DNA of 64,000 nt from Alkalispirochaeta sp. (lineage in GTDB: Bacteria; Spirochaetota; Spirochaetia; DSM-27196; Alkalispirochaetaceae): contig OZ271854.1 of NCBI GenBank assembly GCA_965601925.1, positions 192,001 to 256,000 on the forward strand, read 5' to 3'. Below, piece after piece: positions 41,468 to 51,779 of the stretch (positions within the stretch are counted from its first letter, which is position 1; each line of letters begins with the position of its first letter). Made by a program: the position numbers and the translations under genes. The notes beneath the pieces were generated by a model that ran no database searches, was not told the origin of the DNA, and saw only the letters and a program-made list of their open reading frames with translations.

Positions 41468-42977
41468 GCGACTCGACCTGCAGGGCCTCTCCGTGACGGT
41501 CATGGGCTTGGGTCTCCACGGGGGGGGGCTTGCGAGCGTGCGCTTTCTCGTTGAGCGCGGTGCACGCGTGACCGTCACGGATCTGCGCTCCGAAGCGGCG
41601 CTATCGCAGAGCGTCGCGAAGCTTCCCGGTGGCGTCAGAGCCGTTCTGGGCAGACACGAGCGCTCCGACTTTTCCTCCGCCGATCTGGTGGTGAAGAATC
41701 CCGCCGTTCCCCGTACCGCCTCGCCGCTTCTGGCGGCCCGGGCGATCTGTACCGATATCTCACTTTTCTTGGCCGAGTGGGCGAGAGACGACGAGCCGCC
41801 CGGTCCGCTCATCGCGATAACCGGCACGAAGGGTAAGAGCACCACCAGCGCCGCGACGGCGCATATTCTCGGTACGACGTACCCCGGCACACGCCTGGGC
41901 GGAAACATCACCGTCTCGCCCCTCCAATTCGTCGAGGCGTTGCGCCCCGGAGATCCCGTTGTTCTGGAGCTCTCTTCATTTCAGCTCGGGGACATCGCCT
42001 TTTGTCGGCGTTACAACGAAGCGCGCGGTGGGGCGAACCGCGCGGCCGCGCGTCTACCCCACCGGGCGCTCTTTCCCGAGGTGCCGGCGAATGTGGCGGC
42101 CATTACGAATATCTTTCGCGACCATCAGGATTACTACGACTCCATGGAGACGTATGTCGAGGACAAGCGGGAGATATACCGCCATCTTCCGCCGGGGGGT
42201 ACGGCGCTTTTCTCGCTCGGCGACGAGTGGGGAGAGACCTTTGTGGAAGAGTTTGATCGACTGTACGGTACCGCGGCCGACGAAACAAAACGCTTCCGCC
42301 GACTGATACCGGAAGAGGTCCCGGCAACGCTTGTCCCCGACAATCTTACCGTCTCGGGGCGTCATAGTCGTTCCAACCTCACCTTCGCCGCCCTCGCCGC
42401 CGGTGCCGTGGGAACTTCGGCCGCGGCGATCCGCCGCGCCGCGGCGACGTTTTCCGGTGTGGCCCATCGCTTGGAGACCGTGTGGCACGGCAACGGCCTT
42501 CGGGTCGTAAACGACAGCGCGGCGACCATTCCCGAGGCGGCGCTGGCGGCGGTCAACGCCTTCGACGGGCCGGTGATCCTCATCGCCGGGGGCAGCGACA
42601 AAGGCGTCGAGCCCACCCTCCTCGTGGAGGCCGCCGAGCGATGCGTTTCCACCGGCGGCGGCATCATACTCTTGGACGGAAGCGCCACCGGTCGCGTCGT
42701 CGCACTCCTCGAGTCAAAGGGGGTTCCCTATGCGGGGCCGTACGACGCCCTCGAACCGGCGGTTCGCGACGCGCTCGTACGCGCCGCCGGTATCGCCGGG
42801 CGGAAGGGTGTGCGCGATGAGGCGTCGACCGGCGACGAGGTGGTGGTGCTCCTCTCCCCGGGATACGCCTCCTTCGGTATGTTCGTCAATGAGTTTGATC
42901 GCGGCCGGCAGTTCTGCACGGTGAGTCGTGCGTTGCTCAGCGAGTTGGAACTCTGCGATCCTCCGTGTCGGGGGTAG
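41457..42977 (+). CDS. murD: UDP-N-acetylmuramoyl-L-alanine--D-glutamate ligase
   Basis: GLGLHGGG, ITGTKGKSTT, GGNI, LELSSFQL, DH.DYY, HRLE, NDSAAT, GGSDK and LSPG.ASF motifs. Confidence 0.94.
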   Translation: MTHKRLDLQGLSVTVMGLGLHGGGLASVRFLVERGARVTVTDLRSEAALSQSVAKLPGGVRAVLGRHERSDFSSADLVVKNPAVPRTASPLLAARAICTDISLFLAEWARDDEPPGPLIAITGTKGKSTTSAATAHILGTTYPGTRLGGNITVSPLQFVEALRPGDPVVLELSSFQLGDIAFCRRYNEARGGANRAAARLPHRALFPEVPANVAAITNIFRDHQDYYDSMETYVEDKREIYRHLPPGGTALFSLGDEWGETFVEEFDRLYGTAADETKRFRRLIPEEVPATLVPDNLTVSGRHSRSNLTFAALAAGAVGTSAAAIRRAAATFSGVAHRLETVWHGNGLRVVNDSAATIPEAALAAVNAFDGPVILIAGGSDKGVEPTLLVEAAERCVSTGGGIILLDGSATGRVVALLESKGVPYAGPYDALEPAVRDALVRAAGIAGRKGVRDEASTGDEVVVLLSPGYASFGMFVNEFDRGRQFCTVSRALLSELELCDPPCRG

Positions 42978-44274
42978 CCGGCGGGTCGACGCGGTAAATC
43001 GCAATATTGTTATCGAGAAAGTCGGTCGCTGCGAGAAAGAGCCCGTCGGCGGAGACGGCGAGGCCGGTCGGTTGATGGCGCCCCCAGAGCACCTGGACCG
43101 GCTCGAGGTGCGACGCATCCAAGACGACGATGCGGCCGAACTCGGACCCTTGGAGGAGATAGCTGTCGCCGTTGTTGGGCCCCCGCTCGCTCACGTATAG
43201 ATACCGTTCCGCGGGGTCGACGGCGATCGTGTTGACATTCACCCCGACGTAGCGGGAGCCGACGATCCGCCTCCGGGCGACGTCTACGCGGTGCACCATG
43301 CCGGTGTGCATGTCCGAGTAGTAGAGATACGCGCCGTCGCCGCTTACCACGATATGACGCGCCGCACCGTCGCCGGCGAAAAGCCGATCGACGACGGTGT
43401 GCGTCCGCGTTTCGACGACGAGAACCTCTCCGCTTGAGAAGAGACACACCCACAAAAACGCGCCGCCGTCGGTGATCGCCATTCCGCGAGGCGTACCGCC
43501 GACGACGATCGTTTCCTCGACGGCACCCGATTCGAGGTCGATTACGCTCACCGTCTCGTCCATCCAGTTGGAGACGTACAACGTTGCGGCGGCCTCGTCG
43601 ACAGCCATTACTTTGGGCCACCGCCCGCCCGACGGGACCGACTGCAGGAGCTCCAACGATGCGAGGTCGAAGCGGTGCAGCAGATTCGTGGTCATCTGCG
43701 ATATCCACACCTCCCCGCGATCGGGAAGGATCAACGGCTCGACAAAACCCTCCTGTCGAGCGACGGTTTCGGACGGACCGATGCGCTCGGAGAGCTCGAG
43801 ATGGACGCGGCCCCACCGATCGCGGTGCAGGCGGTACACGTCCGCGCCGGAAGCGCGCAGGAGCGGTACGACGATTCGCCCGTCCGGAAGAAACGCAACG
43901 CTCTTCGGCGAGTCGCCGGTGGGCAGCTCCGAGATCAGACGCAAGGGGCCGTCGGACGAGACCAACCGTTCTTCCACCTGGACGACCCGTTCGATTTCGC
44001 CCGGACCCGACTCGGGCACATGGAGGAACGTATCCGAGTATCCCGGTGAGGAGAGGCGGATACGCGAGCCGCCGCCGACGCCGCGAAAGAGACGCCAGGT
44101 TCCCTCGCGCCCGATAGGCTCGAGAGGCCGGTCGACTCCGCCGGGAGGAGCGAGAGACACCGCGGCGTCGGGCGGAAAACTCCTGAGTCGCAACTGTACC
44201 GACTCATCGGCGCGCATCACCGTCGAAGGAATGAGGAAAAACAGGAGAATGCGTAGCAGGAAGGCGCGCTTCAT
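42937..44274 (-). CDS. YncE/YVTN-like beta-propeller protein, secreted
   Basis: Signal peptide, PEGA-like N-terminus (SFPPDA), and propeller repeats (PKSVAF, LYVSNW..TVSVID, GGTPRG, PTGLAVS). Confidence 0.82.
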   Translation of the reverse strand: MKRAFLLRILLFFLIPSTVMRADESVQLRLRSFPPDAAVSLAPPGGVDRPLEPIGREGTWRLFRGVGGGSRIRLSSPGYSDTFLHVPESGPGEIERVVQVEERLVSSDGPLRLISELPTGDSPKSVAFLPDGRIVVPLLRASGADVYRLHRDRWGRVHLELSERIGPSETVARQEGFVEPLILPDRGEVWISQMTTNLLHRFDLASLELLQSVPSGGRWPKVMAVDEAAATLYVSNWMDETVSVIDLESGAVEETIVVGGTPRGMAITDGGAFLWVCLFSSGEVLVVETRTHTVVDRLFAGDGAARHIVVSGDGAYLYYSDMHTGMVHRVDVARRRIVGSRYVGVNVNTIAVDPAERYLYVSERGPNNGDSYLLQGSEFGRIVVLDASHLEPVQVLWGRHQPTGLAVSADGLFLAATDFLDNNIAIYRVDPPATPDTEDRRVPTR

Positions 44275-44289
44275 CGCTATTATGGGATT

Positions 44290-45504
44290 ATGACACGATA
44301 TCCCGATCACTTCGTAGAACAAATTCCCAAAACGGATCTTCATGTGCACCTCGATGGCAGTCTCAGGGAGCAGACCCTCATCGATATCGCCAAGGAAGAG
44401 GGGATCGAGCTTCCCTCATACACCAAAGAGGGACTCAATGAGCTCGTCTTCAAACCCAGCTATTCCAATCTCGACGAGTATCTGCGCGGATTCGGCCTTA
44501 CCAACAAGGTGATGCAGCGATCCGAGCATATCGATCAGATCTCCTACGAGTTGGCGATGGACAATTTTGCCGAGGGAGTACGCCATCTGGAAGTGCGATT
44601 CGCACCGCAACTCCATATGAGCGACGAGCTCTCGTTTCCGCAGGTGATGCACGCGGTCGACTCAGGGCTTAGGCGAGCGCGGACGGAGATCAACCGCTCT
44701 CTTCCCCCGGAAGAACCGGAGTTCGACTACGGCATTATCGTGATCGCTATGCGCTTTTTCGCACCGAACTTCTCCCAGTACTACCGCTCGCTCAGCGCCG
44801 TGCACGGATACTCCGAGTCGGGAGAGATCATCCAAATGGCCTCCAGTGAGCTCGCCCGCGCCACGGTACGTTTACGAAACGAGAGCGACATCCAGGTCGT
44901 GGCCTTCGATCTGGCCGGGAGCGAATACGGCTATCCCGCCGGGGACCATCAGGAGGCGTTCGACTACGTTCACAAACACTTTCTAAAAAAAACGGTCCAC
45001 GCCGGAGAGGCGTATGGGCCGGAGTCGATCTTTCAGGCGATCACCAAGCTTCACGCCGACCGTATCGGCCACGGGCTGCGCCTCTTCGATCCGGACCACA
45101 TCCGCGACGAGACGATCGACGACAAGGATCAGTATATCCGTCGCCTGATTAACTACATAGCCGATAACCGTACGACGATCGAGGTCTGCCTTACGAGCAA
45201 CCTGCAGACCGCTCCGGACCTTGCAAGCGTCGCCGATCATTCCTTGGGGCGAATGCTCGAAGACAAGCTCTCGATCTCGTTCTGTACCGACAACCGCCTC
45301 GTTTCACACACAACGGTAACCGACGAGATCAAGCTTGCCCTGAGTAGTTTCGACATCTCCCCTAAAGTGCTGAAAAATATCGTGATCTACGGGTTCAAGC
45401 GCTCATTTTCGTACAAGCGTTACCCGGAGAAGCGCGAGTATGTGCGCAAGGTGATCAATTACTACGAGGGGTTGGAGAAGACGTTCGGTATCGCATCGGA
45501 GTGA
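44290..45504 (+). CDS. add: Adenosine deaminase family protein
   Basis: PKTDLHVHLDGS, EVRFAP, FDLAG.E, TVHAGE, RIGHG, EVCLTSN and TDN motifs. Confidence 0.9.
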   Translation: MTRYPDHFVEQIPKTDLHVHLDGSLREQTLIDIAKEEGIELPSYTKEGLNELVFKPSYSNLDEYLRGFGLTNKVMQRSEHIDQISYELAMDNFAEGVRHLEVRFAPQLHMSDELSFPQVMHAVDSGLRRARTEINRSLPPEEPEFDYGIIVIAMRFFAPNFSQYYRSLSAVHGYSESGEIIQMASSELARATVRLRNESDIQVVAFDLAGSEYGYPAGDHQEAFDYVHKHFLKKTVHAGEAYGPESIFQAITKLHADRIGHGLRLFDPDHIRDETIDDKDQYIRRLINYIADNRTTIEVCLTSNLQTAPDLASVADHSLGRMLEDKLSISFCTDNRLVSHTTVTDEIKLALSSFDISPKVLKNIVIYGFKRSFSYKRYPEKREYVRKVINYYEGLEKTFGIASE

Positions 45505-45544
45505 CGAACCGACGGGTGACACGATCGGGCATACGTTCGTAGCC

Positions 45545-47590
45545 TCACCGGTCGGTGAGAGTCCGCACGAGGCGAAATCCGATACTATGGCTGCTTGCGC
45601 CCGGCTCAAAGCCGCCGCGATTGCCGGGGCGGATCGCGGCGCGCGAGCTGTTCCATGCACCGCCGCGCACCGTCCGGAGACGACGGCCGTATATGTCGAC
45701 CGACGCCTCTCTCGGGCCGTCTAGCGCATCGGCGCCCGGTTGTGCGGCGGCGAGTACGGAGTACCTTCCCGGATCGTACCAGTCGTTGGTCCACTCCCAT
45801 ACATTTCCCAACAGGTCGTATATACCGCCCGGTGTGGCGTATCCGAGAGCGCCTACCGGACTCGTCGGACCGCCGGCGGCGGTGAAGGGAGGATTGACCT
45901 CTTCCCACCGGTCGCCGCTGCGTTGATAGTTGATTCCACGCCACTCCGGCGCGGAGAGTTCACGTCCCTCGGACACGCGTACCGATTGTCCGGAACCGAG
46001 GCGCGTATCCAAGGAGAGAGCGAGGGCCCATTCGACTTCACTCGGGAGTCGGTACCCGTCGCGCGCCGCGACGATACGAACCTCCTCGCCCGCAAACTCG
46101 TAGACCTCGTCGCGCGCCTCCAGGAGCGACAACTCGTTTGCGAGGATCGCTGCGCCGTACCACGTGACGCCGATCGCCGGATGCGACCCGTATCCGGGGC
46201 GTGGACCGATTCGGTCGCCGTGGATAATCAGGCCGAACTGACGTCCGAAGTGCAACTCATCGAGCCCGAGTATCGGTCGCCCGGTCGCGCCGTGACGAAC
46301 GGTAGCCCCGTCGCGTACGATTCGTCCGGCGGATAAGGCGATGTTGAGGAGCGCAGAGGCGACGTCGTTACTAACCTCGTAGCGCATCATGGCGAAGGGC
46401 CGCGCGACGAGAATCTCGACCGCCGGCGTCTCGTCGACCTCCGGAGCGTCGTCGGAGCCGAGCACCAGCGTAGCGGTCGATTCTCGGGGAAGGATCGGCT
46501 CGAGTGAAGCGGCCAGGGGTCGATACTCGAATCGATAGTCCGGCGAGACGGGCGTGACGATACCGTCGGCGCTCCGCGCCGCCACGCGCCAATGTATAGA
46601 GCGTGTGTCGTCGAGCCCGATGAGCCGTTGGATCGTCTCGATATCGAGGCGAAAGCGCGCTTCGGCAAGCTCGAGGCGCTCGGCGTCCGCCCAACCGCGT
46701 GCGCCGGAGAGCTCGAGGAGATACGCCGTCGCTCCCGGCACCGGGTCCCACACGAGCCCGGGTAGCGCCGTTACCGACGGAGCGCCGGCGAAAAGTGTCA
46801 CCGCAACGGGTACGAGCCGATCGAGTCGATAGAGCAACGTCGCGGACTCCGACCACGGTCCCACCACACCGGCCGGAGACGTCGCGCGTACGCGCCACAC
46901 GACGGTCGTTCCGGAGCGCACCTCCTCCGGACTCACCAAGTCTTCGCCCGCCGTAGCACGATCACTCATCTCGTTCCGCACGATTCGCAGCGCTTCTCCG
47001 TCGGCGACGCGATACTCGACGACGAAACCGGCGGCGAGTCCGGACCGCGGAACGGTCCACGCGAACGGCTGCCGCCGATCCATCGTAGGTAGCTCGGTCC
47101 GGCGAGGCGTGAGAGGCGGAAGTCCCAGATCGAGCGTGACACGGACCGCGTCGCCGAGGACGAATCGCGCCCCGTTACGGTGGATCAGAACGAATCGGAA
47201 CCGGTAGGAGGAGCCGTCCTGCAACCCGTCGAGCGGGAGATCGAAGGAAAAGTCGGACGGGACGGGCTCCACGTTCCAGGTGCGTATCGGAGCGGTAGCA
47301 TCACGCTCTTCGTACGCTTCGACGACGAGCATCGTGACGACGCCGCGCCATTCGCCGAGATCCAAGACTATCGGTATCGAATCGGTGGTTAGCCGCTCTC
47401 CATCACCGGGTCCGCCTCGGATCGAAGGCGCAGCGTCGCCTTCCGGAATCGCGACGGTACCGCACGCAATGAGGAGGACAAGCAGCGTGCACGCCGTCGT
47501 TACGTGCATACCGACCCGTCCTCGAGCGAGAGGATTCGCCGCGGAGTGCAACACAAAGGGGAACAACCGCGCGCGAGTCGCCACGCTCAT
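45545..47590 (-). CDS. Probable lipoprotein with FN3-like domains and a C-terminal FGE-sulfatase (SUMF1/C-type-lectin fold) domain
   Basis: LLIACG lipobox-like; WRVRA..GPWS FN3-like strands; YEVSN, VTWYGA, YRLPSEVEW, DLLGNVWEWT.DW, RGGAW and IGFRLV motifs. Confidence 0.82.
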   Translation of the reverse strand: MSVATRARLFPFVLHSAANPLARGRVGMHVTTACTLLVLLIACGTVAIPEGDAAPSIRGGPGDGERLTTDSIPIVLDLGEWRGVVTMLVVEAYEERDATAPIRTWNVEPVPSDFSFDLPLDGLQDGSSYRFRFVLIHRNGARFVLGDAVRVTLDLGLPPLTPRRTELPTMDRRQPFAWTVPRSGLAAGFVVEYRVADGEALRIVRNEMSDRATAGEDLVSPEEVRSGTTVVWRVRATSPAGVVGPWSESATLLYRLDRLVPVAVTLFAGAPSVTALPGLVWDPVPGATAYLLELSGARGWADAERLELAEARFRLDIETIQRLIGLDDTRSIHWRVAARSADGIVTPVSPDYRFEYRPLAASLEPILPRESTATLVLGSDDAPEVDETPAVEILVARPFAMMRYEVSNDVASALLNIALSAGRIVRDGATVRHGATGRPILGLDELHFGRQFGLIIHGDRIGPRPGYGSHPAIGVTWYGAAILANELSLLEARDEVYEFAGEEVRIVAARDGYRLPSEVEWALALSLDTRLGSGQSVRVSEGRELSAPEWRGINYQRSGDRWEEVNPPFTAAGGPTSPVGALGYATPGGIYDLLGNVWEWTNDWYDPGRYSVLAAAQPGADALDGPREASVDIYGRRLRTVRGGAWNSSRAAIRPGNRGGFEPGASSHSIGFRLVRTLTDR

Positions 47591-48726
47591 CCCCTCCGCA
47601 CGCGTTTGCGAAGCCCGTGGTGATACCATATGCGGGTGCGCTCGGCGGTGCGAAAGAGCGTTGCGCGAATCGGGGACGGAGAGAGATCCCAACATCCCGG
47701 ACGGTGCACGACCCGGCCGCCGAATCCGGTCTTGAAGCGGTACAGTCCGTGCATCGGATGGCCCGGATCGTCCGACGGGGGTATGCCGAACAGATCGTAC
47801 GCCGCATCCCCGGCGAGACGGGCGGCGCGGATCGCCTCCCACTGGATCAGATAACTCGCCATGAGGTTGCGCTTTCGGTCCGAGCTCGCACCGTACAGGT
47901 ACGTGCTCACGCCGTCCCACGACACCACCACGACGCCGACGAGCAGGTCGCTCTCATGATACGCCGAGTAGAGTGCGACGCTCGGCGCCGGCTCGCCCGC
48001 TTCCCGCATCGCCACGGCGGTACCGACGACATCACGATAGTACCGTTCCGGGTGGATCGCGATACGATCACGTCGCGCCGTCACTTGATAGAGCCGGTAC
48101 CACTCCGGTAGCGCCGCCAATGCGGCGGCACCGACGACGCGTTTGACGACAACGCCCTTTTTGGCGGCGAGGCGCACGTTGTACCGCGTTTTACTCTTCA
48201 TGTTTCCGAGGAGCGTATCCTCATCGGGAGATAGTTCTATGACGACCGTATCGGGAGGCTGGACTCGCGCCGCCGGTACGAGGCCGAGTCGACGCGCCTC
48301 GTCGCGATCGAACGCCTCGACCGACCACGGCACGTCCCAGCGGATAATATGCGGCTTCCCGATCCTCGATTTACGACCGATGTTTCGTAACGCTTCACAG
48401 GCCTCAGCGAGATCGCGGGACGGAGATGCAGCGAAGGCGTGGGGCGCGTAGGCAAAACGGAGCGGACCGATGGGTCTCGAGAGCACTAACGGAGCGGCGT
48501 GTTCACCGAGAGTCCGCGCCTCTTCACGAGGATCGAGCCTCGCCCACCCCTGTTTCAGCCGCACCCGCGCCCACCACTCGCTCTGCAGGAGCGTGAAGGC
48601 GCCGTGCGACGTCGCGTCCGACTCGACTTGCCGTGTCACCACGCTCTTTGCCGGCGCCGTTGCGTTGTCGTGCGACGGGGCGCCGGAAGCGCCGCGTCTC
48701 TCGTGCCCTGCGTCCTCGGCGGTCAT
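47587..48726 (-). CDS. FemAB/FemX-family peptidoglycan bridge aminoacyltransferase
   Basis: LLQSEWW, MKSKTRYNVRLA.KKGV, YLYGAS, YDLFG and GLYRFKTGFGG motifs. Confidence 0.9.
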   Translation of the reverse strand: MTAEDAGHERRGASGAPSHDNATAPAKSVVTRQVESDATSHGAFTLLQSEWWARVRLKQGWARLDPREEARTLGEHAAPLVLSRPIGPLRFAYAPHAFAASPSRDLAEACEALRNIGRKSRIGKPHIIRWDVPWSVEAFDRDEARRLGLVPAARVQPPDTVVIELSPDEDTLLGNMKSKTRYNVRLAAKKGVVVKRVVGAAALAALPEWYRLYQVTARRDRIAIHPERYYRDVVGTAVAMREAGEPAPSVALYSAYHESDLLVGVVVVSWDGVSTYLYGASSDRKRNLMASYLIQWEAIRAARLAGDAAYDLFGIPPSDDPGHPMHGLYRFKTGFGGRVVHRPGCWDLSPSPIRATLFRTAERTRIWYHHGLRKRVRRG

Positions 48727-50984
48727 CCCACCTCGCCGTCTGAAATTCGAGCGGTCCGTACCGGCTCGTCTCCGGCCATGAGCCGGGCGGCGCCCACTTT
48801 TACCAATCCGCCTTCGGCGCGGATCGGAACGGCAAAGAAATCGTCGATCTTAATCCTCTTAAGGCCGCCGACGGCCGTTCCGTCGCCGGCCGGCGCCGCT
48901 TCGATCGGCCGAAAGTCCTCGAGGTACAGTCGTTCTCCCGGAGAGAGGTGGTCGACGAAGAGCACATCGACGGTCTCATCGTTCGCGTCGGCGTCGGCTC
49001 CCTCACTCGGAGACGAGGCCGCGAGGAGCATGCCGTGGCTCTTCACACCCCGGAGCTTTGCCGGTTTCAGATTGGCGACGACGATAATCGTGCGTCCCAA
49101 CAGTTCGCCGGGCTCGTAGTGCGGAACCAACCCGGAGACGATCGTCCGCCCCTCCTCGGTACCGTCGTCCAACTTCTCGATGTACAGCTTATCCGCCTCG
49201 GGATGGCGTTCGATCTCCACGATCTTCGCCGCCCGTAGCTCGACGGTATCGCGAAAGCGCTCCTCCATGCCCACGGTGTCCTCCTCCTTCTCGACTTCAT
49301 CTTCGGCGGCTTCGCGCGCAGCGCGCTCCGCTTGACTCCCGCTGAAACGACTGTTCAACTCGGCGATCAACTCGTCGGGCAACTGCTCAAAGAGAATCGA
49401 CGTCTCGCCGATGCGCTCCAACCCATCGGGCCTTCCGAGATCGTCCCACCGCAGGTCGCCCGCTCCGAGCATATCCCGCAACCGCGAAGCCATGCCGGGC
49501 ATATAGGGGGCGGTGAGAATCGCTAAGTCGCGAATCAGATAGACGAGGTCGCTCAATAGCGCGTGAGTCGCCTCCGGGTCGCTCGTCCGCGTCTTCCACG
49601 GCTCGGCGGCCTGAAACACCTTGTTTCCGTAGCTGGCAAGCGCGAACGTGCGCCTGAAGGCGTCACGCAAACCCGCCCACTCCAGTTTTTCGGTAATCTC
49701 CGCCTCGCGTTCCCGCACATCGTCCCAAAACGTCTTCTGCCGATCCGAGGCGAAGGTGATCGGGAGGACCGCTCCGCCGAAGTACCGCTTGACAAAGGTC
49801 AACGTTCGGTTGACTAAGTTGGCCAGATTACCGATCAGTTCGCCGTTGACCCGCTCCTGAAAATCGTTCCACGTAAAGGTGTAGTCGCTCGTCTCGGGAC
49901 GGTTATAGAAGATATAAAAACGCCATACGTCGGCGGGGATACCCGTTTCGCGCGCGTCGCTTCCGAACACACCGATCCCCTTGCTCTTGGAAAACTGCCC
50001 ACCTTCGTAGTTGAGGTACTCACTACTGGACATGTGATGGAGCAACGTCCAATTCTCGCCGCTCCCTAAAAGACTCGATGGGAAAATAACGGTGTGAAAG
50101 GGGATGTTATCCTTTCCGATGAACTGAAAGAGTTCGACCTCGGCAGGATTCTTCCACCACGCTTCCCACTCGTTGGTAAGCGTAGCGGTGATGGAGATGT
50201 ATCCGATCGGCGCGTCGAACCAGACGTAAAAGACCTTGTCCTCGAATCCCGCCAGAGGTACCGGAATACCCCACTTGAGATCGCGGGTAATCGCCCGCTC
50301 CCGGAGCCCGTCGCGAATCCACGCTTGGGTCATCTGGATGGCGTTGCGCGCCCAGCGGCCCCGGACACTCGCCTCGGACATCCACGTCTGCAGCTTTGGC
50401 AAGATCGCCGGGAGATCGATGTACAAGTGCGAGGTCTTTTTGACGATAGGTGTGGTACCGTCGACGGCGCTTCTGGGATCGATGAGGTCGGTCGGATCGA
50501 GCAACTTACCGCAGTTCTCGCACTGGTCGCCGCGAGCATCCTCGTACCCGCAGTGCGGGCACGTACCGAGGACGAAGCGATCGGCAAGAAACATTTCCGA
50601 CGTCTCGCTGTAGAGCTGTTCGATCGTCTTCTCCTTGACGTAGCCCGCCTCGTGGAGCTTGAGAAAGATGCTCTGCACGATCTCGGTCTGCTGCGGCGTG
50701 GAGGTACGCCCCCATTTATCGAAGGCGATTTCGAACCATTCGTAAATATCGGTGTGAATCGCGTAGTACCGGTCGCACAAATCCCGGGGAGAGATCCCCT
50801 CCTCGCGGGCGCGCGTTTCGGTAGCCGTGCCGTACTCGTCGGTCCCGCATATGTAGAGCGTATCGTATCCGCGGGATCGACAGAAGCGCGCAAAGACATC
50901 CGCCGAGAGCACCTGGATCAGATTGCCCAAATGGGGGATGTTATTAACGTATGGAAGCGCGCTGGTGATGAGACGTTTCTTCAT
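48723..50984 (-). CDS. metG: Methionine--tRNA ligase with C-terminal tRNA-binding domain
   Basis: TSALPYVNN.PHLGN, Zn-knuckle cysteines, VWFDA, FSKS and VANLKP..LRG..S.GM motifs. Confidence 0.97.
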   Translation of the reverse strand: MKKRLITSALPYVNNIPHLGNLIQVLSADVFARFCRSRGYDTLYICGTDEYGTATETRAREEGISPRDLCDRYYAIHTDIYEWFEIAFDKWGRTSTPQQTEIVQSIFLKLHEAGYVKEKTIEQLYSETSEMFLADRFVLGTCPHCGYEDARGDQCENCGKLLDPTDLIDPRSAVDGTTPIVKKTSHLYIDLPAILPKLQTWMSEASVRGRWARNAIQMTQAWIRDGLRERAITRDLKWGIPVPLAGFEDKVFYVWFDAPIGYISITATLTNEWEAWWKNPAEVELFQFIGKDNIPFHTVIFPSSLLGSGENWTLLHHMSSSEYLNYEGGQFSKSKGIGVFGSDARETGIPADVWRFYIFYNRPETSDYTFTWNDFQERVNGELIGNLANLVNRTLTFVKRYFGGAVLPITFASDRQKTFWDDVREREAEITEKLEWAGLRDAFRRTFALASYGNKVFQAAEPWKTRTSDPEATHALLSDLVYLIRDLAILTAPYMPGMASRLRDMLGAGDLRWDDLGRPDGLERIGETSILFEQLPDELIAELNSRFSGSQAERAAREAAEDEVEKEEDTVGMEERFRDTVELRAAKIVEIERHPEADKLYIEKLDDGTEEGRTIVSGLVPHYEPGELLGRTIIVVANLKPAKLRGVKSHGMLLAASSPSEGADADANDETVDVLFVDHLSPGERLYLEDFRPIEAAPAGDGTAVGGLKRIKIDDFFAVPIRAEGGLVKVGAARLMAGDEPVRTARISDGEVG

Positions 50985-50992
50985 AATGGGTC

Positions 50993-51021
50993 ATGATATG
51001 GGCGCCCGAGGTGGGCGTCAA
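50993..51021 (-). promoter_or_regulatory. Sigma70 promoter of metG, probably leaderless
   Basis: TTGACG-17-TATCAT, then 8 nt to the ATG; no SD. Confidence 0.65.
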
Positions 51022-51099
51022 CGGGAGCGCCGGGCTCTGTGCGGCCGACGGCGCCGGGTGCGTCATAGAGGGAGGTTCCGCAGCGGTTCGGGTCGGTAG

Positions 51100-51555
51100 T
51101 TATGACGCCGACAGCCGCATGATGACCGTTGTCACGCCGGCGGAGTTGACGTGGGCCCGCTTGTAATCGACGAATCCGAAGCGGCCGTAGAGTCGCCGCG
51201 CCGCTGCGCCCTCCGGAACCGAGTCGTCGAACGTCTGAACGTATACCTCTTGCGTTCGGTCCAGGTGCTCCAAGGCGCGACTCAAGAGAAGAGCTCCGCA
51301 TCCCCGCCCCCGCTCGCCCGACGCCACCGCGAACCACACAATCTCGTTGGCCTCGGGAGCGATGATGATCCCGCCCCGCAATCGTCGGGTATCGCCTTCG
51401 AAGCGAATACATAGGGCCGTTCGATTCGCTATCGCTTGCCGCAACCCGTCGCGGAACGGCGCCTCATCGGCCATCGGACCGAATAAATGCTCCACGCCAC
51501 GTGCCAAGGATATCCATCCCCCAAAATCTGAGTCGGTCGCATGTTCTACTCGCAC
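51100..51555 (-). CDS. GNAT family N-acetyltransferase
   Basis: WFAV...RGRGCG (acetyl-CoA motif A) and ARRLY..FGF. Confidence 0.85.
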   Translation of the reverse strand: MRVEHATDSDFGGWISLARGVEHLFGPMADEAPFRDGLRQAIANRTALCIRFEGDTRRLRGGIIIAPEANEIVWFAVASGERGRGCGALLLSRALEHLDRTQEVYVQTFDDSVPEGAAARRLYGRFGFVDYKRAHVNSAGVTTVIMRLSAS

Positions 51556-51779
51556 GGCCGCACTCTATCGCGTCGACACCGACAGCGCAACGGAGGCGCA
51601 TAGCGGGAACGCCCTCCCATCTCCTATCCCCGACGATACACCAAGCGGCATGGCGGGACGAGAAGCGCACAGTGGATCGGAGACCGGGGCGGCGTACGAC
51701 TCTCGGCTCCGCCGACTGAGCGGACGACTCGGCCTCGGATCCACCGGGTAAAAAACACGCCCCGCCCGGGACGCCCCTA

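Noticed and set aside
42937..42977. Convergent 3' overlaps (murD/beta-propeller 41 bp; also 39187-39200 and 22085-22088)
   Set aside because: Short tail-to-tail overlaps are common in compact GC-rich genomes, and nothing indicates a function.
45545..45700. A complete diversity-generating retroelement
   Set aside because: No template repeat, accessory gene or reverse transcriptase in the window; kept only as a low-interest lead.
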